From: an uncultured Candidatus Saccharibacteria bacterium
GTDB taxonomy: Bacteria > Patescibacteriota > Minisyncoccia > Phycocordibacterales > UBA9973
Direction: 5' to 3'
DNA: 27,580 nucleotides
Assembly: GCA_964363165.1 (NCBI GenBank)
Contig: CAYIHB010000001.1
Coordinates: 1-27,580, forward strand
The position numbers and the translations under genes were made by a program. The notes beneath the pieces are model-generated. The model saw only the letters and a list, made by a program, of their open reading frames with translations, did no database searches and had not been told where the DNA came from. The stretch's first letter is position 1. Each line of letters begins with the position of its first letter. Shown one piece after another: positions 7,770 through 15,119 of this stretch.

Positions 7770-7795
7770 TATAGGTTAACATATGTTAACCTATA
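7770..7795. promoter_or_regulatory. 26-bp perfect palindromic operator overlapping the TA promoter
   Basis: TATAGGTTAACATATGTTAACCTATA. Overlaps the spacer after TTGATT (7764-7769) and TG-T-TAACCT (7784-7792), and ends 3 nt before ATG 7799. Confidence 0.8.
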
Positions 7796-7798
7796 TAT

Positions 7799-8083
7799 AT
7801 GTTGAAAAATAAGCATATTTTAGAAAAAGAGGATAAAAAGTATTTTTCTGCTCCCGAAGTAGCCAGATTACTTGGTGTTTCTCGTACCGCTATTTTTAAA
7901 AAAATTAGATCCGGTCAAATACATGCTGAAAAAATTGGCAGAAATTACATTATTCCAAGAGAAGAATATGAAGCTATTTTAGGTCTTTTTGTTCCAGAAC
8001 ATAGAAAAAAAGATATAGAAAATACAGTTGAACGTGTATTTAAAAAATATGGCCCTGCATTACGCAAACTCGGGAGAGAATAA
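7799..8083 (+). CDS. Excisionase-type (HTH_17) DNA-binding protein, probable antitoxin/repressor
   Basis: YFSAPEVARLLGVSRTAIFKKIRSGQIHAEKIGRNYIIP, plus a short charged C-terminal helix; directly upstream of a Doc toxin. Confidence 0.8.
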   Translation: MLKNKHILEKEDKKYFSAPEVARLLGVSRTAIFKKIRSGQIHAEKIGRNYIIPREEYEAILGLFVPEHRKKDIENTVERVFKKYGPALRKLGRE

Positions 8084-8091
8084 AAATTCTT

Positions 8092-8535
8092 ATGGCTCGT
8101 AAAACGACTAAACGTATTAATTTAGCAGATGTAGAGTATATTGCTTTTCAGCTTGCTAAAAAATTTATGGAATGGAATGAACCTATCCCTGATTTTGATA
8201 CGCGTTTTCCAGATAAATTAGAAAGTTGTATTGAAACGCCATTCCAAACTTTTGATAGAAAAAGTTTATATAAGGGTCTTACGGGGAAATCAGCAATTTT
8301 ATTTTACTTAATGATAAAAAATCATCCATTTCAAAATGGCAATAAAAGAATTGCAGTTACGACCCTGCTCTTTTTTCTTGTTCAAAATGGAAAATGGCTT
8401 TCAATCTCTAATGAAGATATTTACAAATTTGCTTGCAAAGTTGCTGAAAGCACACCAGAGGAAAGGTCTTTCATAATGGATATCATTAACTCCTTTATTG
8501 AGAAAAATATTGAAGAATTTGATACAAACAAGTAA
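8092..8535 (+). CDS. Fic/Doc family toxin (Doc-type)
   Basis: KSAILFYLMIKNHPFQNGNKRIA fits the Doc motif HxFx(D/N)GNKR; 8 nt after the HTH gene. Confidence 0.88.
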   Translation: MARKTTKRINLADVEYIAFQLAKKFMEWNEPIPDFDTRFPDKLESCIETPFQTFDRKSLYKGLTGKSAILFYLMIKNHPFQNGNKRIAVTTLLFFLVQNGKWLSISNEDIYKFACKVAESTPEERSFIMDIINSFIEKNIEEFDTNK

Positions 8536-8550
8536 TATAATTTTTTTTAA

Positions 8551-9024
8551 TTAATCCCAAAGATCTTTAATAGGTTCATATGGATGTGGATACAGATCTT
8601 TAATAAAATATTTTTCTATTTTTGGAAAAATCCAGTCATTTTTGCGCTGTATATATTGAATACAGATAACTGATGTTTTAGGTGTACCAAATTCCCCAAT
8701 AAGATGTCTGCAAGTTCCGCAAGGAAAAGAACTACTTTCTCGGATTTTGGGCACTGGATCTGCAACAACAATACTTTTTATTTTTGCCTTATATGACTCC
8801 TTTAAAACCATATTTGTTATTGCATGTCTTTCACCGCAAATAGTTGCCTGTGCAATATTTGGTTCAAAGCACGCACCATCATAAATTTTTCCACTATCTG
8901 ATATCAAAAATGAATATAAAGTATCTATACCCCCTCTTTTATGGCGTATTTTATTGTATTTAACTACTGCTCTTTTAGTATAATTAATTAATTTTTTTTC
9001 TTCAGATGTTAATTTAATAGACAT
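8551..9024 (-). CDS. Cytidine deaminase-like Zn-dependent deaminase
   Basis: TICGERHAI (C-x-E) and FPCGTCRHLIGEFG (PCxxC), as in homotetrameric CDA / blasticidin S deaminase. Confidence 0.8.
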   Translation of the reverse strand: MSIKLTSEEKKLINYTKRAVVKYNKIRHKRGGIDTLYSFLISDSGKIYDGACFEPNIAQATICGERHAITNMVLKESYKAKIKSIVVADPVPKIRESSSFPCGTCRHLIGEFGTPKTSVICIQYIQRKNDWIFPKIEKYFIKDLYPHPYEPIKDLWD

Positions 9025-9028
9025 GATT

Positions 9029-10762
9029 TTATTTTTTCTCTTCTATTTCTTTTTTGAGTTTTACGATAAATTCTTCTGAAGCAATGTTTTCAATCTTTTC
9101 ATTATTTCTTCCTTCCACGGTTAGTTTCTCTGATTCTTTTTCTTTGTCCCCGATAATGACCAAATACGGAATTTTTTCCATTTTAGCATTGCGGATTTTT
9201 TTGCTCAAAGATTCGTTTGATTCATCCAGTTCCGCGCGTATATTATTTTCCTTTAATGATTTGAAAATTTTATCCGCATAATCCAAATGCTTATCTCCGG
9301 AAATCGGAATAACTCTTACCTGGATTGGCGATAACCAAAGAGGGAATGCACCTGCATAATGTTCGATCAAAATGCCAATAAATCTCTCAAGTGAACCATA
9401 AATTACACGATGTATTACCACCGGCGTTTTTTTCTTTCCATCCTTGTCTGTGTATTCAAGGTCGAAACGATGTGGCTGTTGAAAATCCAGTTGCATTGTA
9501 CCCATTTGCCATTCTCGACCGATCGCATCTTTCATAATTATATCTATTTTAGGTCCATAAAAAGCGCCATCACCTTCGGCAACAGTATATTCCTTGCCGG
9601 ATTTTTTAAGAACACCGCGAAGAACTTTTTCAGCCTTGTTCCAAGTTTCAATATCGCCCAAAAATCCTTCTGGTCTGGTGCCAAGACGGAATTTATATTT
9701 TAAATCAAAAATCCCATAGAATTCCTTGCATATTTTCATAATTTCTTCGTACTCGTTTTCTATCATTTCTTCGGTTATAAAATTATGTGAGTCGTCTTGC
9801 TGGAATGATCTGCATCGGAAAAGGCCATTTAAAACTCCTGATCGTTCATAGCGATGCAGACGATCTGTATCGGAAAAACGGAGAGGCAGATCTTTATAAC
9901 TAACTTGCATCGATTTGAAAACAATCATTGCATTCGGACAATTCATTGGCTTGATGCCATAGACTTCATTTTCTCCCATATCCGCGATGAACATATCGTC
10001 TTTATAATGTTCCCAGTGTCCGGAAATTTTCCAAAGTTCCGCTTTATTTACGAGTGGACTGGCAATTTCCAAATATCCCAGCTCCACGTGTTTTTCGCGC
10101 CAATAATTTTCAAGTTCCTTGTAAAGAATCAAACCTTTTGGCAGCCAATAGGGCATTCCCGGTGCAGTTTCGTGGAACATTAAAAGTCCCAATTCTTTCC
10201 CTAATTTTTTATGGTCTCTTTTTTCGGCTTCTTCGCGCATTTTGATATATTCCTCCAGTTTTTCTTTTGTTTCAAAAGCCAGTCCGTAAATGCGGGTGAG
10301 CATTTTATTTTTTTCGTCTCCGCGCCAATAGGCCCCGGCCATCCGATCCAGCTTGAACGAGTCCGGTTTTATTTCCTTACTCGGATTTTCCAAATGTCCT
10401 CCGCGGCAAAGATCGGCGAACTTACCGCAAGTATAAAAGGTTATCTTCTCTTTTTTGCCGACTATCTCATCTATCAATTCTATTTTGTATTCGTTTTTTT
10501 TGAAATGCTCCTTCGCTTCTTTTATGGTTTTTTCCTGACTGCTGAATCCCTTCCAGGATTTCAAAATATCCTTCATTTTCTTCTCTATTTTCGGTAGATC
10601 TTTGTCCGAAATGGGATTTTTGAAGTCAAAATCGTAATAAAAACCATCTTCTATAGAAGGACCGATTGTGTTCTTTGTGTCTGGATATATCTCCAAAACA
10701 GCCGCGGCCAAGAGATGAGCCAGAGAATGCCTTAAATTATGTAATTTTTCAGTTTCCGCCAT
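9029..10762 (-). CDS. thrS: Threonine-tRNA ligase lacking the N-terminal TGS domain
   Basis: RHSLAH, DLCRGGH, GAYWRGD, RDHKKLG, KPMNCP, HRYE, GAFYGPKID, QLDF, HRVIYGSLERF. Start moved from 10780 to 10762 because 10780 lies in the promoter. Confidence 0.96.
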   Translation of the reverse strand: MAETEKLHNLRHSLAHLLAAAVLEIYPDTKNTIGPSIEDGFYYDFDFKNPISDKDLPKIEKKMKDILKSWKGFSSQEKTIKEAKEHFKKNEYKIELIDEIVGKKEKITFYTCGKFADLCRGGHLENPSKEIKPDSFKLDRMAGAYWRGDEKNKMLTRIYGLAFETKEKLEEYIKMREEAEKRDHKKLGKELGLLMFHETAPGMPYWLPKGLILYKELENYWREKHVELGYLEIASPLVNKAELWKISGHWEHYKDDMFIADMGENEVYGIKPMNCPNAMIVFKSMQVSYKDLPLRFSDTDRLHRYERSGVLNGLFRCRSFQQDDSHNFITEEMIENEYEEIMKICKEFYGIFDLKYKFRLGTRPEGFLGDIETWNKAEKVLRGVLKKSGKEYTVAEGDGAFYGPKIDIIMKDAIGREWQMGTMQLDFQQPHRFDLEYTDKDGKKKTPVVIHRVIYGSLERFIGILIEHYAGAFPLWLSPIQVRVIPISGDKHLDYADKIFKSLKENNIRAELDESNESLSKKIRNAKMEKIPYLVIIGDKEKESEKLTVEGRNNEKIENIASEEFIVKLKKEIEEKK

Positions 10763-10770
10763 ATACTTCA

Positions 10771-10779
10771 ATAGTATCA
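10771..10779 (-). promoter_or_regulatory. Extended -10 (TG-A-TACTAT) of thrS
   Basis: 8 nt before the ATG at 10762. Confidence 0.5.
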
Positions 10780-10809
10780 TATTTTATTGTTTCGCAAAAA
10801 TTGTTTATT

Positions 10810-10837
10810 TTGCTTTTAGTTTTTGATATGCTAGTAT
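10810..10837 (+). promoter_or_regulatory. rpmF-nusB-rnc promoter (TTGCTT, 16 nt, TG-C-TAGTAT)
   Basis: -10 ends 10 nt before ATG 10848; divergent from thrS. Confidence 0.5.
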
Positions 10838-10847
10838 AAAATACATT

Positions 10848-11075
10848 ATGGTAGTACGAATGAGAAGCACAAAATCACATACCAGAAACAGACGTTCCCA
10901 TCACGCGTTGATGAGCACGGGTCTGGTCAAGTGTGAGAATTGTTCAAATCCAAAGAAGCGCCATACGGTTTGTTCGTCTTGCGGATTTTATCGTGGGATG
11001 AAAGTGTTGGATTTGGTTAAAAAGATGGAAAAGAAGCAGAAAAAAGAAAAAGCGAAAAAAGCGGAAGCGAAGTAA
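10848..11075 (+). CDS. rpmF: 50S ribosomal protein L32 (Zn-ribbon form)
   Basis: RNRRSHHAL, CENC...RHTVCSSCGFYRG. Confidence 0.95.
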   Translation: MVVRMRSTKSHTRNRRSHHALMSTGLVKCENCSNPKKRHTVCSSCGFYRGMKVLDLVKKMEKKQKKEKAKKAEAK

Positions 11076-11081
11076 TAGCAG

Positions 11082-11152
11082 TTAGGCTTTAGGCCTTAGG
11101 CACTAGCAAATTCAAAAAAGCTAAAGCCTAGCGCCTAGCGCCTAGCGCCTAA
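11082..11152. repeat. Inverted arrays of 7-nt tandem repeats
   Basis: (TTAGGCN)x3 at 11082-11102 faces (GCCTAGC)x3 + GCCTAA at 11126-11152. Confidence 0.85.
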
Positions 11153-11156
11153 ATTT

Positions 11157-12116
11157 ATGGCAAACAGGCACCTTTCAAGATCAATAGTTCTACAAACGCT
11201 TTTTGAGTGGGATTTTATGTCCAACTTGGAAAAGGGTAATGCTTGGACCGATAAAAAAATAAAAGAAGCTTTAAATAATAACCTCAGAGAATTTGCTGCC
11301 GGACTGGAGGACGATCTTTTCGTATTTTCCCTGACCAAAGAAGTGTTGAAAAAATGTGGAGTAGTCGATGAAATAATCAGAAAAGCCGCACCGGACTGGC
11401 CTTTGGATAAAATTTCTATTGTCGATAGGAATATTTTGAGAATCGGCCTGACGGAACTTCTTTTTGGCGACAGGAATCAAGTACCGCCTAAAGTGGCGAT
11501 AAATGAGGCTATAGAATTGGCCAAAACTTTCGGCGGGGAAAACTCCGGCAAGTTCGTAAATGGCGTATTGGGCGCGGTCTATAAAGAAATCGGCGAACCT
11601 GGTAAAGAACAGGTAAGTAAAAGGAAAAAATCGGATGAGCCGCTGGACATTACAAAATTACCAGTTGAGAAATTAGGAGGAGCGCTGGTATACGCGAAAA
11701 AAGGTGGCGACATCTTATTCGCATTGGTACACGATGTTTTTGGTTATTGGACCTTGTCCAAAGGTAGTATCGAAAAAGGCGAAGACATAGAAACGAATAC
11801 AATTAAGAAAATAAAAGAAGAAATCGGCCTTGATATTTCCATCAAAGAAAAAATAGGAGAAAACGAATATGTGGCGACACACCCGGAGAAAGGCAAAACT
11901 TTGAAGAAAGTGGTTTATTTTTTGGCCGAAAGTAAATACCAAAAACTGAAGCTTGGTAGTTCTGGCGGACTGGACGGAGCCAAGTGGTTTCATCTCAAAG
12001 AACTGCCGGAACTCCGCATTTACAACGATATTATTCCACTTATTGCCAAAGCGATCGAAATTATCAGCTCTGACGCGAAGTCGGAGTCCTGGCCTAGTGC
12101 GTCGGGACAAAAATAA
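11157..12116 (+). CDS. nusB: NusB fused to a C-terminal Nudix-fold domain
   Basis: NusB: RHLSRSIVLQTLF, DRNILR, VPPKVAINEAIELAKTFGG, KFVNGVLG. Then WTLSKGSIEKGE...KIKEEIGL, a Nudix box. Confidence 0.9.
   Translation: MANRHLSRSIVLQTLFEWDFMSNLEKGNAWTDKKIKEALNNNLREFAAGLEDDLFVFSLTKEVLKKCGVVDEIIRKAAPDWPLDKISIVDRNILRIGLTELLFGDRNQVPPKVAINEAIELAKTFGGENSGKFVNGVLGAVYKEIGEPGKEQVSKRKKSDEPLDITKLPVEKLGGALVYAKKGGDILFALVHDVFGYWTLSKGSIEKGEDIETNTIKKIKEEIGLDISIKEKIGENEYVATHPEKGKTLKKVVYFLAESKYQKLKLGSSGGLDGAKWFHLKELPELRIYNDIIPLIAKAIEIISSDAKSESWPSASGQK
12068..12107. repeat. Decayed REP-like double hairpin forming the nusB 3' tail
   Basis: CTCTGAC-GCGAA-GTCGGAG followed by TCCTGGC-CTAGTGC-GTCGGGA; encodes SDAKSESWPSASG. 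Confidence 0.45.
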
Positions 12117-12117
12117 T

Positions 12118-12813
12118 ATGATCAACTTTTCGGATTTTGAGAAAAATACCAAGATAGTTTTTAAAGACAAAAATCTTCTCAAGCAGGCCTTTGTTCACCG
12201 TTCCTATATAAACGAAAACTCGGGTTCTTTTCTTTTACACAACGAACGGTTGGAATTTTTAGGCGACGCGGTACTTGAGCTCATCGTCACCGATTTTCTT
12301 TACAAAAAATACCCGAATTACACCGAGGGGGAATTGACCGCAATCCGTTCGGCTTTGGTAAATGCCATTATCATTTCCGAAGTTGCCTTAAAAATCGGGA
12401 TGAATAATTATTTGCTCTTATCTAAAGGCGAGGCTAAAGACAACGGCAAAGCAAGACAATACATTCTGGCCAATACTTACGAAGCCTATGTCGGGGCGGT
12501 TTATCTGGATCAAGGATACAATATTGCGAGTAAATTCGTGACGACATCCCTCTTGCCTCATACGGAAGAAATAGTTTCCAAAAAACTTTGGCGCGATGCA
12601 AAAAGCCTGGTGCAGGAAAAAGCGCAGGAATTCGTCGGCGTGACGCCGGTTTATAAGGTTTTGCACGAATCAGGCCCCGACCACGACAAGCATTTTACGG
12701 TAGGTATTTTCTTCGATTCCGACCTGATCGCCGAAGGCAAAGGCCAGTCAAAGCAGGAGGCGGAACAGAAGGCAGCCGAAATGTCCTTAAAAATAAAAAA
12801 TTGGATGGAATAA
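12118..12813 (+). CDS. rnc: Ribonuclease III
   Basis: HNERLEFLGDAVL, ANTYEAYVGAVYLD and a C-terminal dsRBD (AKSLVQE...GPDHDKHF...KQEAEQKAA). ATG is 1 nt after the nusB stop. Confidence 0.97.
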   Translation: MINFSDFEKNTKIVFKDKNLLKQAFVHRSYINENSGSFLLHNERLEFLGDAVLELIVTDFLYKKYPNYTEGELTAIRSALVNAIIISEVALKIGMNNYLLLSKGEAKDNGKARQYILANTYEAYVGAVYLDQGYNIASKFVTTSLLPHTEEIVSKKLWRDAKSLVQEKAQEFVGVTPVYKVLHESGPDHDKHFTVGIFFDSDLIAEGKGQSKQEAEQKAAEMSLKIKNWME

Positions 12814-12883
12814 TACTTGTCCCGTCAAAAATTCAACATACGGGAATCAATTATGAAAATTATTATTAAAATTTTTTAATGGG

Positions 12884-15115
12884 ATGCGGCTCAAGAATCT
12901 TGAAATAAGCGGTTTCAAATCTTTTTCCAAAAAAACGGTTTTGGAGTTCCAAAATCCAATTGTTTCTATCGTAGGTCCGAACGGATCCGGCAAATCGAAC
13001 GTGGTGGAAGCAATTCGTTTTGTTTTGGGCGAACAATCAATGAAATCAATGCGCGGATTGCTGGGATCCGATTTGATTTTTAAGGGATCGAAAAATTTAC
13101 CCAAAAGTTCGCGCGCGGTCGTTACGATATATTTCAATAACTCCGATAAAATTTTTAAGCTCTCAAACGAAACAGGCGGAAACATCAACTTAAATTACGA
13201 TGTTATTTCAATTTCCCGCGAAGTTTATTCCGACGGACTGAACAAATATATTTTGAACGGTTCGGAGGTCAGATTGAAAGACATAAATAATCTTTTGGCA
13301 TCGGTTAATATCGGTTCTTCCGGACACCATATTATTTCCCAGGGCGAGGCGGACAGAATTTTAAACGCGTCGGCCAGGGACAGGAGGGAAATGGTGGAAG
13401 ATGCTCTTGGACTTAAAATTTATCAATATAAAATAAAGGAAGCGCAGCGCAAACTGGAAAGAACTGCCGGTAACATGAAAGAAGTCTCGCTCCTGCGTCG
13501 GGAAAACGCTCCGCACCTGAATTTCCTGAAAAAACAGGTGGATAAATTTGAGAAAGCGAAAGAAATGCAGGTATCGTTGCTGTCTTTATATAAGGAATAT
13601 TTAAAGAAAGAAAGTATCTGTCTGGAAAAGGAACAATCCGACTTACTTGTTGAAAAAAATAAAATTTCCGCCGAATTGGAAAATATCAAAGAAAAAATTT
13701 CCAATATTGATAAAATGGATAAGAGAGAAGAGGGTGAAAAAGAAAGAGAATTGAAAGTATTGGAAAAAAAGGCCGGTGAAGTTCGTGCAATTAAAAGCGA
13801 AATAGAGCGAAAACTGGGAAGAATTGAGGGCATGATGGAAATGGAAGAACGCAGGAAGGAAAAAACGCCGGAAATTGCGGTCAAAAACTCCGAGGAAATA
13901 AAAACGATATTTGACGAGATTAATTCCGAGATAGAAGAAGCCATTACGGAGGAAAATATCACGGAAATCAAGATTATTCTTTTGAGAATCAAAGATATCC
14001 TGAGTAAATTCAATCAGCGCGAGGATAGCACGGAAAATCTTCCTTTGAATTCGGAAATAGAAGGTCTCAAAAATAAGCAACAGGAAATTTTGGTTGAAAT
14101 GCGGAATATCGAAAATGAAGAAGAGAAAATATTCAAAAAGATGGAAACATTGAAGAAAGAGATCGCGAAAGACAACGAAACTTTGCATACAAAAGAGAAA
14201 GAGAAGTTTAACTTCAGGGTCAGGTATCAGGAATTATCCTCCTCCCTGGGACTTATATCCATAAAAGAAGAAAGTTTATCGAAAGAAACTGAATCTTTCA
14301 GAAATGAAATAAGGGAAGGCTCGGTCTTGGTCGGCGATGGAATTTTATCCTATAAAGATTTTGAGATAAATGGACCCATAGACAGAAATGCGCAGGAGGA
14401 TCTAAAACGCAGAATAGAACGCATTAAAATGAAATTGGAAGATGTCGGAGCAGGAGGAGGATCCGAGGTGATTAAAGAATTCGAAGAAGTTTCACAAAGG
14501 GACGCTTTTCTGGCCAAAGAAATGGAAGATTTGGCGACAAGCATAGAATCGCTTCATAAACTTATGGTCGACCTGAAAGAAAAAATCGACCTGGAGTTCA
14601 AAGAGGGGATCAAGAGGATAAACGTCGAATTCGACAAGTTTTTCTCTTTAATGTTCGGCGGTGGAACGGGCTTCCTTTCTGTTATAACTGAAAATAAGAA
14701 GAAAAGGGAAGATGAAGAATCAGAGGAAAATAAGGAAGATGAAGAGGAAGTTATTCCCGAGCAAGGCATAGAAATAAACGTTTCGCTTCCGCATAAAAAA
14801 GTAAAAGAATTAAATGCGCTTTCGGGAGGGGAAAGATCTCTCACATCTATAGCTCTTCTTTTTGCTATGTCGCAAGTGAACCCGCCGCCATTTCTGGTTT
14901 TGGACGAAACAGATGCCGCGCTTGATGAAGCGAACTCCAGAAAATACGGAGATATGTTGGAAAAACTCTCCGGTAATTCTCAGCTGATCGTTGTTACCCA
15001 TAATAGGGAAACAATGTCCCGAGCCAGCATCTTATACGGCGTTACCATCGGCGCCGACGGCGCTTCCAAGCTTCTTTCCGTCAAACTGGACGAAGCCGCC
15101 GCCATTGCAAGATAG
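12884..15115 (+). CDS. smc: Short SMC-family ATPase (743 aa, no recognisable hinge)
   Basis: LEISGFKSF, Walker A GPNGSGKSN, IISQGE, signature LSGGE, Walker B/D-loop LDETDAALD, VVTH; sits after rnc. Confidence 0.85.
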   Translation: MRLKNLEISGFKSFSKKTVLEFQNPIVSIVGPNGSGKSNVVEAIRFVLGEQSMKSMRGLLGSDLIFKGSKNLPKSSRAVVTIYFNNSDKIFKLSNETGGNINLNYDVISISREVYSDGLNKYILNGSEVRLKDINNLLASVNIGSSGHHIISQGEADRILNASARDRREMVEDALGLKIYQYKIKEAQRKLERTAGNMKEVSLLRRENAPHLNFLKKQVDKFEKAKEMQVSLLSLYKEYLKKESICLEKEQSDLLVEKNKISAELENIKEKISNIDKMDKREEGEKERELKVLEKKAGEVRAIKSEIERKLGRIEGMMEMEERRKEKTPEIAVKNSEEIKTIFDEINSEIEEAITEENITEIKIILLRIKDILSKFNQREDSTENLPLNSEIEGLKNKQQEILVEMRNIENEEEKIFKKMETLKKEIAKDNETLHTKEKEKFNFRVRYQELSSSLGLISIKEESLSKETESFRNEIREGSVLVGDGILSYKDFEINGPIDRNAQEDLKRRIERIKMKLEDVGAGGGSEVIKEFEEVSQRDAFLAKEMEDLATSIESLHKLMVDLKEKIDLEFKEGIKRINVEFDKFFSLMFGGGTGFLSVITENKKKREDEESEENKEDEEEVIPEQGIEINVSLPHKKVKELNALSGGERSLTSIALLFAMSQVNPPPFLVLDETDAALDEANSRKYGDMLEKLSGNSQLIVVTHNRETMSRASILYGVTIGADGASKLLSVKLDEAAAIAR

Positions 15116-15119
15116 TTTT

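Noticed and set aside
8092-8535. FicT-type toxin that AMPylates the adjacent GyrB
   Set aside because: The motif is HPFQNGNKR (Doc/kinase type), not HPFx(D/E)GNGRxxR. Adjacency to gyrB alone is not evidence.
11082-11152. Repeats as a mini CRISPR array
   Set aside because: Units are 7 nt with no spacers, and there are no cas genes in the window.
11953-12117. Long N-terminal extension of RNase III
   Set aside because: It overlaps the nusB-Nudix coding region; the RNase III fold starts at ATG 12118.
12820-12845. Terminator between rnc and smc (TCCCGT/ACGGGA)
   Set aside because: Only a 6-bp stem with a 14-nt loop and no U tract; too weak to call.
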